A stretch of DNA of 64,000 bases, from NCBI GenBank assembly GCA_036389275.1, contig DASVQE010000009.1, positions 30,568-94,567 on the forward strand. The letters run 5' to 3'. The notes under the pieces are model-generated. The model was not told the DNA's origin. It worked only from the letters and a program-made list of their open reading frames with translations, and searched no databases. The position numbers and the translations under genes were made by a program. Origin of the DNA: Thermoanaerobaculia bacterium (GTDB lineage Bacteria > Acidobacteriota > Thermoanaerobaculia > Gp7-AA8). Below are positions 13,004 to 22,105 of this stretch, one piece after another (the first letter of the stretch is position 1; every line of letters begins with the position of its first letter).

Positions 13004-14511
13004 GAGCGCCGCTGGCGTCGTATCCCGGCATGAACCCGTTCGTGCTGGCCTGGCTCGGCGCCGCGCCGCACGCGACGCGCTTTCTGCCGCGCGATCCGTC
13101 GCCGCGCGGGCCGCGCCCGCGACACATCGACGGCGCGCTGGTGCGCGCGCTGCGCGCGTCGAATCAACGCTGGGGCCTCTTCGTCAAAGACGATCTGCAG
13201 CGCTGGCAGTACGGCGAGAGCGTGACCATCGTGGCCGGGCAGCAGGTCGGCTTCGCCGGCGGCCCGCTCTACACGCTGGCGAAGCTGGCCACGCTGGTGC
13301 GGATGAAGCGCGAGCTCGAGCGCGCCGGCACGCCGGTGACGGCGTTCTTCTGGCTGGCCACCGAGGATCACGACTTCGACGAAGTGGCCACGCTGAACGT
13401 GCCGGTGGCGTCGCTGCCGCGAGAAAAAGAGATCGACCGGCAGCTCGATCTCGTGTCGATGCGCGCGATCCGCACCACCGACTCGCGGGCCGTGGTCGGC
13501 TCGCTGCCGGTGCCGTCGTCGCTGGCGACGCAGCTCGTCGCGCTGTTCGACATGCAGCGGCCGGAGTGGCTGCGCGAAGGCGTCACCTTCCGCGATTCGT
13601 TCGCGGAGCTGGTGGCCTCGGTGTTCGGCAACGAGGTGATCCTCGTCGACGCGCTGCTGCCGGAGTTGCGACGCGCCGGCGCATCGCTCTTCGACCAGAT
13701 CGTCCGCCGCGACGGCGAGATCCAGGACGCGCTGCACGTCCGCTCGCGCGAGCTCGAAGCGGCCGGCTTTCACGAGCAGATCGTGCCGGCCGACGGCGAG
13801 CGCTACACGCTGCTCTACGAGCTCGACGCGCACGACAGCCGCCAGCCGCCGACGCCGCAGCGCCAGCCGGAGCGCACCTCGACGTCCGCGCTCACGCGGC
13901 CGCTGCTGCAGGACTTCGTGCTCGCGCCCGACATCTTCGTCGGCGGCCCGGCCGAGGTCGCGTACTACGCGCAGCTCTCGACCCTGCACGAGCTCCTCGG
14001 CATCGAGCTGCCGCGCATCGCGCTGCGCGGCCACGCGCTCGTCGCGCCGTCGCGCATGGCCCGGACGATGTCGCGCTACGCCATCGATCCCGCCGAGATC
14101 TTCACCGCGCCCGACGAGCTGCTCGCTGCGCGCGAACAGGAAGGCGTGACGGACATTCAGCGCATCAGCCGCGAGGCGAAGCGCGATCTCTTCGCGCGCA
14201 TCGAGGAGATCGCGCAGCGCGCGTTGCCGGCCGATCATTCGCTGGCGCGCTCGATCGAGCGGAGCGTCGGCCATCTCGAGTATCACTTCGACAAGCTCGC
14301 GCAGCGCGCCATCAAAGGAATGGTCCGCAAGGATCGCGAGCGCTACGCGGCCGTGCGCGAGCTCGTGGCCACGCTCTATCCCGACCGCCGCGTGCAGGAC
14401 CGCGTGGTGGGCTGGTTCCCGTTCTGGCGCGAGCATGGGCGCCATCTGGTCGACCGCGTGGTCGAAGAGATCGAGCCCGACAGCGACTCGTTCACAATCG
14501 TTACGCTATGA
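13000..14511 (+). CDS. bshC: bacillithiol biosynthesis cysteine-adding enzyme
   Basis: AGQQVGFAGGPLYTLAK, FWLATEDHDFDE, GGPAEVAYYAQL and VQDRV; GTG start at 13000. Confidence 0.9.
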   Translation: MRAPLASYPGMNPFVLAWLGAAPHATRFLPRDPSPRGPRPRHIDGALVRALRASNQRWGLFVKDDLQRWQYGESVTIVAGQQVGFAGGPLYTLAKLATLVRMKRELERAGTPVTAFFWLATEDHDFDEVATLNVPVASLPREKEIDRQLDLVSMRAIRTTDSRAVVGSLPVPSSLATQLVALFDMQRPEWLREGVTFRDSFAELVASVFGNEVILVDALLPELRRAGASLFDQIVRRDGEIQDALHVRSRELEAAGFHEQIVPADGERYTLLYELDAHDSRQPPTPQRQPERTSTSALTRPLLQDFVLAPDIFVGGPAEVAYYAQLSTLHELLGIELPRIALRGHALVAPSRMARTMSRYAIDPAEIFTAPDELLAAREQEGVTDIQRISREAKRDLFARIEEIAQRALPADHSLARSIERSVGHLEYHFDKLAQRAIKGMVRKDRERYAAVRELVATLYPDRRVQDRVVGWFPFWREHGRHLVDRVVEEIEPDSDSFTIVTL

Positions 14512-14531
14512 GTGTCGTGACGCTATGAGTG
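14498..14531 (+). repeat. 17-bp tandem duplication at the bshC/bshB1 junction
   Basis: TCGTTACGCTATGAGTG (14498-14514) followed by TCGTGACGCTATGAGTG (14515-14531), 16/17 identical. Confidence 0.85.
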
Positions 14532-15247
14532 AAACCGTCGACATCATTTTCTTCGGCGCGCATCCCGACGACGTCGAGCTCTCCGCCGGCGGCACCGCGG
14601 CGAAATGCGTGAAGGACGGCCTGCGCATCGGCATGGTCGATCTCACCCGCGGCGAGATGGGGACGCGCGGCACGCCGCAGACGCGCAAGCGCGAGGCTTC
14701 TGCCAGCGCGCGCATCCTCGGCGCGACGTTCCGCACGCAGCTCGACTTCGGCGACGGCAACCTGCAGACCGGCCGCGAGCAGGAGCTGGAGATTGTCGAG
14801 CTGCTGCGCGCGCATCGCCCGTCGCTCGTGGTGGCGCCGTACCCCGACGACCGCCATCCCGACCACGTGCGCGCCGGCCGCCTCGTCACCGACGCCGCGT
14901 TCTACGCCGGCCTCAAATCGCTGAAGAGCGCGCGCGAGGCGCATCGCCCGCAGACGGTGCTCTACTACATCCTCAACTACATGGCCACGCCGTCCTTCGT
15001 GGTCGACGTCACCGCGTCGTGGAAGACGAAGATGCGCGCCGTGCACGCCTTCAACTCGCAGTTCCACGACCCGAAATCGAAAGAGCCGCAGACCTTCATC
15101 TCCGACCCGAAATTCCTGGAGATGATCGACGCCCGCGGCAAACACTTCGGCGCGCTCATCGGCGCCGCCTACGGCGAAGCCTTCGTCACCAAACAGCCGC
15201 CGCGCGTGGACGATCTGCTGGCGGCGTATGGGGGACGGGAAGTATGA
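14525..15247 (+). CDS. bshB1: N-acetyl-alpha-D-glucosaminyl L-malate deacetylase
   Basis: GAHPDDVEL, DLTRGEMGTRGT, DRHPDH and SQFHDP...EPQTFIS. Confidence 0.92.
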   Translation: MSETVDIIFFGAHPDDVELSAGGTAAKCVKDGLRIGMVDLTRGEMGTRGTPQTRKREASASARILGATFRTQLDFGDGNLQTGREQELEIVELLRAHRPSLVVAPYPDDRHPDHVRAGRLVTDAAFYAGLKSLKSAREAHRPQTVLYYILNYMATPSFVVDVTASWKTKMRAVHAFNSQFHDPKSKEPQTFISDPKFLEMIDARGKHFGALIGAAYGEAFVTKQPPRVDDLLAAYGGREV

Positions 15248-15257
15248 AGCGCTTCGC

Positions 15258-15354
15258 GGTTCCTCGGGTTCCTCGGTTCCTCGGTTCCTCGGGTGCCGAG
15301 CAACGACGGACCGCTCTCCTCCGAGGAACCGAGGAACCGAGGAACCGAGGAACC
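15258..15354. repeat. palindromic element with arms of tandem octamers (TTCCTCGG x4 / CCGAGGAA x4)
   Basis: Left arm 15258-15292 and right arm 15321-15354 are inverted complements; intergenic bshB1-bshA. Confidence 0.9.
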
Positions 15355-15363
15355 ATCTAACCC

Positions 15364-16479
15364 ATGCGCATCGGCATCACCTGCTATCCCACTTTTGGCG
15401 GCTCCGGAGTCGTGGCGACGGAGCTTGGGCTTGCGCTGGCGAAAGGCGGCGATGATGTGCACTTCATCAGCTACGCGCTGCCGTCGCGGCTGAATCTGTT
15501 GCACGAGCGCGTGCACTTTCACGAAGTCACCGTCACGCCGTATCCGCTCTTCGATCCCTATCCGCCGTACACGCTGGCGCTGGCGACGAAGATGGCCGAG
15601 GTGGCGGCGTACGAGAAGCTGGAGATCCTGCACGTCCACTACGCCATTCCGCACGCGATCAGCGCGCATCTCGCCAAGCAGATCCTGCAGTCGAAATTGA
15701 AAGTGATCACCACGCTGCACGGCACCGACATCACTCTGGTCGGGCGCGACGAGAGCTACCTGCCCATCACGAAATTCGGCATCGAAGTCTCCGACGGCGT
15801 CACCGCGGTGTCGGACTGGCTGAAGCAGGAGACGGCGCGCAACTTCTCGACCGACAAAGCCATCGAAGTCATCCCGAACTTCGTCGACCCGGCGCGCTTT
15901 CATCGCGACAGCAGCGCCTTCTGCAACCTCTTCGGCGCGCCGGGCGAGAAGCTCGTCTGCCACGTGTCGAACTTCCGGCCGGTGAAGCGGATCATGGACG
16001 TGGTCGAAGTCTTCGCGAAGATCGCGGCGCAGGTGCCGAGCCGTCTGATCATGGTCGGCGACGGGCCGGACCGCTCGCGCGCCGAAGCGTTCGCGCGCGC
16101 GCATCACCTGCGCGACCGCGTCATTTTCCTCGGCAACGTCCCCAACCTCGAAGAGATCCTCGGCGCGTGCGATCTCTTCCTGCTGCCGTCAGAGTCGGAG
16201 TCGTTCGGCATGGCCGCGCTCGAGGCGCTCTGCTCCGAGGCGCCGGTCATCGCCACGCACTCCGGAGGTCTGCCGGAAGTCGTCGACGAAGGCGAGACCG
16301 GATACCTGCTGCCGGTCGGCGCGGTCGCGGAGATGGCCGAGCGCGGCATCGAGATTTTGCGCGACGACGAGCTGCGCAAGCGGATGGGCCGCCGCGCCCG
16401 CGAGCGCGCCATCGAGCAGTTCAGCGAAGCGAAAATCGTCCCGCGCTATCGCGAGATGTACGAGCGCGTCATCGGTTGA
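15364..16479 (+). CDS. bshA: N-acetyl-alpha-D-glucosaminyl L-malate synthase
   Basis: MRIGITCYPTFGGSGVVATELG, HVHYAIPHA, TTLHGTDITLVG, HVSNFRPVKR and ESFGMAALEA. Confidence 0.95.
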   Translation: MRIGITCYPTFGGSGVVATELGLALAKGGDDVHFISYALPSRLNLLHERVHFHEVTVTPYPLFDPYPPYTLALATKMAEVAAYEKLEILHVHYAIPHAISAHLAKQILQSKLKVITTLHGTDITLVGRDESYLPITKFGIEVSDGVTAVSDWLKQETARNFSTDKAIEVIPNFVDPARFHRDSSAFCNLFGAPGEKLVCHVSNFRPVKRIMDVVEVFAKIAAQVPSRLIMVGDGPDRSRAEAFARAHHLRDRVIFLGNVPNLEEILGACDLFLLPSESESFGMAALEALCSEAPVIATHSGGLPEVVDEGETGYLLPVGAVAEMAERGIEILRDDELRKRMGRRARERAIEQFSEAKIVPRYREMYERVIG

Positions 16480-16496
16480 AAGGAGCAGCACACGCA

Positions 16497-18095
16497 ATGA
16501 GACGCACGATGTCGATCGTCGCTGCGGTTGTCGTAGCCGTGAGCGCGCGGGCGGCGAACGAGCCCGACCTGCAGATGCAGACGCGCATCCGGCAGGAAGG
16601 CTTCCGCAACTCGAAAGTGATGGAGCTCGCCGCGGCCCTCACGGACCTGATCGGCGCGCGGCTGACCGGCTCGCCGGAGATGAAGCGCGCGAACGAGTGG
16701 ACGCGCGACAAGCTGCGCGAGCTTGGCCTGGCCAACGCGCATCTCGAGCCGTTCGCGTTCGGCCGCGGCTGGAGCTACGAGCTCTGCACCGTGCGCATGC
16801 TGACGCCCGACTTCGAGCCGCTCTACGGCATCCCGAAAGCGTGGTCGCCCGGCACGAACGGACCGGTGCGGGCGAAGGTCGCCAAGGTGAAGCTCGAGTC
16901 GAAAGAGGATCTCGACAGGAACGGCGGCGGCAAGTACGCCGGCATGATCCTCTTCACCGCCGACGCGCGCGAGATGAAGCTGCACGAGACGCCGCAGTCG
17001 GAGCGCTACAGCGAGGCGCAGCTCGGCGAGATGTCGGGCTACGCCATTCCCGGCGCGCGCGACGCCGCGCGCAGCGCCGAGTACACGAAGCGCCGCGCCT
17101 TCCGCAAAGCGCTCGCGGAATGGGCGGCCGCGGAGAAAGTGCTGGCCATCGTCGATCCCGGCTCCGGCGACGAAGGGACGTTCACCGTGCAGCAGTCGGG
17201 CTCGTACAAGGAAGGTGAGCCGGCGGGCGTGACCGCGGTCGCGCTCGCGCCGGAGCACTACAACCGCATCGTGCGCCTGCTCGAGCAGAACACGCCCGTC
17301 GAGCTGGAGCTGAACGTCGCCACGACTTTTCACGACGCCGATCGCAACGCCTACAACACCATCGCCGAGATTCCCGGCAGCGACAAGCGCGGCGAGGTGG
17401 TGATGCTCGGCGCGCATCTCGACTCCTGGCACTCCGGCACCGGCGCCACCGACAACGCCGCCGGCTCGGCGGTGGTGATGGAAGCGGCGCGCATTCTCCG
17501 AGCGATCGGCGTCACGCCGAAGCGCACCATCCGCGTCGCGCTCTGGGCCGGCGAAGAACAGGGTCTCCTCGGCTCGCGCGCGTACGTCGCCGAGCACTTC
17601 GGCTCGCGCCCCGAGCCGTCCGATCCCGCCGAGCGCGATCTGCCGCTCTCGATGCGCAAGGAGCGGCCGCCGCTGCGCATCAAGCCGGAGCACGCGAAGC
17701 TCGCCGCCTACTTCAACCTCGACAACGGCGGCGGCCGCATCCGCGGCATCTACATGCAGGAAAACGCGGCGGTGCGTCCGATCTTCGAGCCGTGGCTCGA
17801 CGCGGTGCGCGACCTCGGCGCGACGACGCTGACCATGCGCAACACCACCAGCACCGATCACATTTCCTTCGATGAAGTGGGGCTTCCCGGCTTCCAGTTC
17901 GTGCAGGACGAGCTCGAATATCTGGCGCGCTCTCATCACACCAACTGGGACACCTACGAGCGCCTGCAGCGCGAGGACCTCATGCAGGCCGCGGTGGTGC
18001 TGGCCACCTTCGTCTGGGAATCGGCCAACCGTCCGGAGATGCTGCCGCGCAAGCCGTGGCCGGTCGGCGAGCCGAAGCCGGTTGACGTTAATTAG
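16497..18095 (+). CDS. secreted M28 family metallopeptidase (carboxypeptidase Q-like)
   Basis: RBS AAGGAG, signal peptide, GAHLDSW, GATDNAAG, GEEQGLLGS, NLDNG and HHTNWDT. Confidence 0.9.
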   Translation: MRRTMSIVAAVVVAVSARAANEPDLQMQTRIRQEGFRNSKVMELAAALTDLIGARLTGSPEMKRANEWTRDKLRELGLANAHLEPFAFGRGWSYELCTVRMLTPDFEPLYGIPKAWSPGTNGPVRAKVAKVKLESKEDLDRNGGGKYAGMILFTADAREMKLHETPQSERYSEAQLGEMSGYAIPGARDAARSAEYTKRRAFRKALAEWAAAEKVLAIVDPGSGDEGTFTVQQSGSYKEGEPAGVTAVALAPEHYNRIVRLLEQNTPVELELNVATTFHDADRNAYNTIAEIPGSDKRGEVVMLGAHLDSWHSGTGATDNAAGSAVVMEAARILRAIGVTPKRTIRVALWAGEEQGLLGSRAYVAEHFGSRPEPSDPAERDLPLSMRKERPPLRIKPEHAKLAAYFNLDNGGGRIRGIYMQENAAVRPIFEPWLDAVRDLGATTLTMRNTTSTDHISFDEVGLPGFQFVQDELEYLARSHHTNWDTYERLQREDLMQAAVVLATFVWESANRPEMLPRKPWPVGEPKPVDVN

Positions 18096-18110
18096 CCGAC
18101 GTGCTAATTA
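18082..18110 (+). promoter_or_regulatory. putative promoter with AT-rich palindromic operator (likely ArsR site)
   Basis: TTGACG at 18082-18087; perfect inverted repeat TAATTAGC-N6-GCTAATTA at 18089-18110, upstream of RBS AAGGAG. Confidence 0.55.
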
Positions 18111-18131
18111 TCTCCGCGAAGGAGAACGATC

Positions 18132-18443
18132 ATGCCGCCGGTGAACATGTTGGTGACGTACCGCCCGAAGGAAGGGAAGGAAGAAGAGATCGCCGCGCTG
18201 GTGCGGAAGCACTGGCACGCGCTGCAGGGCGCCGGCCTGGTGACGGACGAAGAGGTCGTGATCTGGCGCGCCGTCGACAAGCGCAGCGGTCGGGTTTCGT
18301 TCCTCGAGAAGTTTCAGTGGAAGGATGAGGAAGCGCCGGGCATCGCCCACCAACTGCCGGAGGTGATGGCCATCTGGGAACCGATGACGCCGATGCTGGA
18401 AGAGCTGAAACTCGATACGATCGAGCGGCTTGAAACCGCCTGA
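18132..18443 (+). CDS. small dimeric alpha/beta-barrel (ABM-like) protein
   Basis: LVTYRPKEGKEEE...FLEKFQWKD pattern and strong RBS. Confidence 0.7.
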   Translation: MPPVNMLVTYRPKEGKEEEIAALVRKHWHALQGAGLVTDEEVVIWRAVDKRSGRVSFLEKFQWKDEEAPGIAHQLPEVMAIWEPMTPMLEELKLDTIERLETA

Positions 18444-18738
18444 CAAGATTGCCGAACCGAAGGCGCGCATCGCCGCGCTCGACGCGATGTTCGCCGCGCT
18501 GTCCCATCCGGCGCGGCGCCAGATCCTGATGACCATCCACTTCCGCGGCGGCTCGATGACCTCGGGCGAGATCGCCGCCCGCTTCGCCCACGCCTGGCCG
18601 ACCACCACGCGTCACCTGCGCGCGCTCGAGGAAGCGAAACTGCTGACCGTCTCCCAGGAAGGCCGCAGCCGCGTCTACCACCTCGAGCGCGCCCAGCTCC
18701 GGCTGGTCACGGAATGGGTGGCGTGGTTCGAGAAGTGA
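18430..18738 (+). CDS. ArsR/SmtB family transcriptional regulator
   Basis: FAALSHPARRQIL, SGEIAARF and TTTRHLRALEEAKLL. Confidence 0.9.
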   Translation: MKPPDKIAEPKARIAALDAMFAALSHPARRQILMTIHFRGGSMTSGEIAARFAHAWPTTTRHLRALEEAKLLTVSQEGRSRVYHLERAQLRLVTEWVAWFEK

Positions 18739-18742
18739 GGCC

Positions 18743-19231
18743 TCAGGACGTGTGGGCGCGCCAGTCGACGTCCCGAAGCTTCGACGCTTCCGCACGGATG
18801 GCCTGCTCCAGCGTCCGATCCGGTCCGGCGAAGCTCTCGCGGCAGTAGTCGCAATCGTGGACGAGGTACCAGTCGGTGAAGCCGCGCGGCGCGAGGTCCG
18901 GCGGAAAGATGTTGCTGAGCAGAGTCGCTGCTTCGCGAGGATGCAGCTCGCCGGCAGCGAGCCGTCTGGCCACGTCCTGGGCGTGAATGATCAGCGCCTG
19001 CTCGCCCGAGATCTTCTCGAGTCCGAGCTCGTCCACCGCCGCCTCGAATAGCGCCCGGAGGTCGGGCGTGAAGAACGGCGGCTCCTCGATGGCCAGCCGC
19101 AGCAGCGCCGGCGAGTCGTGTCCCGCCTCCAGCGCGTCCTGCGCCCAGGCCACGTACTCTTCGGCGCGCGCGCCACCGCGATACTCCGCGGAGCGGACGA
19201 TCGCGTAGGCGGTAAACACGTCCCGCCTCAC
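18743..19231 (-). CDS. hypothetical helical protein
   Basis: Host-like codon usage; GTGA overlap with the SLT stop; ALEAGHDSPALLRLA motif. Confidence 0.65.
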   Translation of the reverse strand: MRRDVFTAYAIVRSAEYRGGARAEEYVAWAQDALEAGHDSPALLRLAIEEPPFFTPDLRALFEAAVDELGLEKISGEQALIIHAQDVARRLAAGELHPREAATLLSNIFPPDLAPRGFTDWYLVHDCDYCRESFAGPDRTLEQAIRAEASKLRDVDWRAHTS

Positions 19232-21603
19232 GGCTCCGCCCTCAACCCGCCCACCGCTCCGCCGCCGCCGTAAATCGCACCATAACGTTCATAAGAATTC
19301 ATCACCTTAAGAACGTAATGCTTTGTCTCGTCGAAATTGATGGATGATATGAAGTAGTCATCTTCGGCGGCAGGTTGCAGGCGCGACCAGAGCGCGACTT
19401 GCTTCGGGCCGGCGTTGTAGGCGGCGCTGGCGCGGTAGCGGTTGCCGCCGAATTGCTGGGAGAGCTCGGCGATGTATTTCGCGCCGAGGCGGATGATCAC
19501 TCGCGGATCGTAGAGGTCCTCCGGCGAGAGATCGACCAGGCCGACGTCGCGGCCGATGTCGCGGGCGGTGGTGATGATGAACTGCAGCAGGCCACGCGCG
19601 GCGGCCTGCGACTTCGCCCGCGGATTGAAGCGCGATTCCTCGCGCATGATCGAGAGCACGAGCGATGGGTCGGCCTCGTATTTTTTCGCGTCTTCCGTGA
19701 TGTACTCGTAGAAGTAGCGCGGATAGAGAAGCTGCCGCACGGCCAGCGGCAGGAGGTCGGGATGGAAGTCGTTCGGCACCGACTTCATCAGCACCTCGAC
19801 CGCGTAGATCGAGTCGCGCGACGCGCCGCCTTCCTGCAGCGCGAGCGAGCGCGTGAGCGCCGTGCGCGGCGGGCGCAGGCCCCACCGCCGCTCGATGGCC
19901 GGCGTCGCGTCGTCGTACAAGCCCATCGCCAGCAGCAGCTCGCCCGCACCGGCGTTCGGAAATTGCGGCAGCGGCTCCGGCTGCAGCTCGAGCACGTTGC
20001 GATACGCCGGGATCTCGCGATAGATCGCGGCCAGCCGCTGCAACTGCGCCTCGCGGTCTTTCGATGACAGCAGCACGCGATCGGTCTGGATGCGCCGCGC
20101 CAGATCGAACTGCTTCGCCGCGAGGAGTTGCGTGACCTGCGCCTCGCGCAGCGCCAGCTCGCCGGCGAGCTTCGGCGCGATGGCCGGCGAGTCGAGGCGC
20201 GTGCGCGCGAGGTAGGCAAAGTGCGACGGCGCCTTCGAGCGCAGCACGTCGAGGTACGAGCGGAACGACGCCGGCGCATCGAGCGGCTCGAGCGCACGCG
20301 CGCGCCAGTAGGCGAGCTCCGCGCGGTCGTAGTCGTCGAGGAGCTTCGGCGGGACGGCGTTCAGCGTGACGATGCACGCGCGCGGATTGCCGAGGGCCAG
20401 CATGCCGAGGGCGTAGGCGAGCGAGCCTTCGAGATTCGCGCGCTCGTTGCCGGCCAGCTTGCGCAGCAGCGCGAGATCGGCCGCGGCCTCGCCGGCGCGG
20501 CGCTGTTTGATGCGCGTGCGGATGCGCTGCGTGAGCGCCGCCGTCGTCGCCGGAAACTTTCCCTTGATGGCGATCGTGCCGGTCATCAGCCGCTCGGCCA
20601 GCGCGTCGTCGCCGCGCAGTTGCGCCGCGCGCGCGGCATGCCAGAAGAACGTCGCCTTTTGCTTCGGATCCTTCGTCACATTCGCGCCGCGCAGATACGC
20701 CGCCTGCGCCTCGGCGTACTGTTCGCCGCCGAAGTAGCAGCGCCCCAGCGCGAACTGCAGATCGTCCGAATACTTCGCGCGCAACGCGAGCTGCAGCACC
20801 GCGACGGCGCGATCGAAGTGACGATGCTTCTGCAGCGACTCGCCCATGAGCGCGAGCTGCTGCGCGTTCATCCGCTGCAGCAGCGCCGGCTTGTCGAGCG
20901 CGCGCGTGGCGCGGTCGGAGGCATCGTCGCCGGTGCCGCCCTGCAGCAGCGCGAGGCCGCGCACGAGCGCGCCGGCCGGATCGTGCGAGGCCGACGCCTC
21001 GACGATGCGCGCGCTCATCTCGCGGCGCAGCGACGTCGGCGCCGACGGCGCGAGTTTCGCCGCGAGCTCCGCCAGCCGCTGCGTGTTGCCGGCTTCGCCG
21101 AGGTAGTCGATCTCGTCTTCGATGGCCTCGTCGCGATACGCCGACTGCGGATAGTCGGCGATCAGCATCGCGCGATAGCGGCTCGCTTCTTCGCCGTCGG
21201 CGATCGAGGCGCGGTGATAGAGCGCGTACTCGCGCAGCGGATTCCCTTCCGCGAGAAACGGCTCGAGCTTCTTCGCCGCGTCGTCGTCTTCGTCATCCTC
21301 GATCAGAGCGCGCGCGTGCAGATAGCCGAGCGACCACTTCGCGTAGAGATCGGGATGCTGCTTCTCGATCGCGGCGAGCAGTTCCGCGAGCTCTTCGCCG
21401 TCGAGTTGGCGGAAGGTCGCCGACCACTGCTCGACCGGCGGGATGCCGCGCGGCGTTTCGCGCGGCGTCTCGGTGCGCGCGGCGGCCGGACGGAAGACGC
21501 GATGGCGCCGCAGCCGCGCGCGATGGATGGCGATGCCGAAGACGACCAGGAGAACGGCGATGGCGGCGCCGATGATGGCGATGCGTTGCGTCTTGCGCGT
21601 CAA
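19228..21603 (-). CDS. membrane-anchored TPR soluble lytic murein transglycosylase
   Basis: N-terminal TM, TPRs, and SLT domain SIMREESRFNP, AARGLLQF, AAYNAGP, ETKHYV. Confidence 0.92.
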   Translation of the reverse strand: MTRKTQRIAIIGAAIAVLLVVFGIAIHRARLRRHRVFRPAAARTETPRETPRGIPPVEQWSATFRQLDGEELAELLAAIEKQHPDLYAKWSLGYLHARALIEDDEDDDAAKKLEPFLAEGNPLREYALYHRASIADGEEASRYRAMLIADYPQSAYRDEAIEDEIDYLGEAGNTQRLAELAAKLAPSAPTSLRREMSARIVEASASHDPAGALVRGLALLQGGTGDDASDRATRALDKPALLQRMNAQQLALMGESLQKHRHFDRAVAVLQLALRAKYSDDLQFALGRCYFGGEQYAEAQAAYLRGANVTKDPKQKATFFWHAARAAQLRGDDALAERLMTGTIAIKGKFPATTAALTQRIRTRIKQRRAGEAAADLALLRKLAGNERANLEGSLAYALGMLALGNPRACIVTLNAVPPKLLDDYDRAELAYWRARALEPLDAPASFRSYLDVLRSKAPSHFAYLARTRLDSPAIAPKLAGELALREAQVTQLLAAKQFDLARRIQTDRVLLSSKDREAQLQRLAAIYREIPAYRNVLELQPEPLPQFPNAGAGELLLAMGLYDDATPAIERRWGLRPPRTALTRSLALQEGGASRDSIYAVEVLMKSVPNDFHPDLLPLAVRQLLYPRYFYEYITEDAKKYEADPSLVLSIMREESRFNPRAKSQAAARGLLQFIITTARDIGRDVGLVDLSPEDLYDPRVIIRLGAKYIAELSQQFGGNRYRASAAYNAGPKQVALWSRLQPAAEDDYFISSINFDETKHYVLKVMNSYERYGAIYGGGGAVGGLRAEP

Positions 21604-22055
21604 GAATCGTCTCGGGCCAGCGTTCCGGTCAGGATGGCTTGCGGAGCTCGCCTGAGGATCTCGGCGCGTGCAATCGCATAGCCAAGAATCGCGTCGACCA
21701 ACATGCGCCGTCCGTCGCGCGAGAGCAGGATCAGCACCTTGTCACGCACCTCGCGCACTTCGACGATGTCTTCCCACCGCATCCACCGCCCGCGCCTGCC
21801 GAACCACGACAGCAGCCGGTTCTCGTACTTCACGCCGACCTCGCTCAGGTAGATGTGATCGCCGTACTGCATGATCGCGGCGGCTACCGTGCCGAGGAAC
21901 AGCAGGATCAGGCCGGCCATCGGCGCGGCGCGATAGTCGGTGGGATGCTCGGCCAGGTACATGAAGAAAATCGCCGCGGAGCCGAAGGCCGCGGCGCAGG
22001 AGATGATGCGCGGCACCGGCGGCCGCTCGAACACGAGGAGGTTCTGCTCGTCCAT
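21600..22055 (-). CDS. 2-TM plus PH-like domain membrane protein
   Basis: Two TM helices then WMRWEDIVEVRE; ATG at 22055. Confidence 0.65.
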   Translation of the reverse strand: MDEQNLLVFERPPVPRIISCAAAFGSAAIFFMYLAEHPTDYRAAPMAGLILLFLGTVAAAIMQYGDHIYLSEVGVKYENRLLSWFGRRGRWMRWEDIVEVREVRDKVLILLSRDGRRMLVDAILGYAIARAEILRRAPQAILTGTLARDDS

Positions 22056-22105
22056 TCCTGGCGCTGTCCTCAACAGTCTGATGCGTCGGATACAATCCCC
22101 GGCCC

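Noticed and set aside
15258-15354. Possible CRISPR or coding repeat (also 42979-43086)
   Set aside because: Inverted arms of 8-10-bp tandem units with no repeat-spacer periodicity; ORFs crossing them are low-complexity read-throughs.
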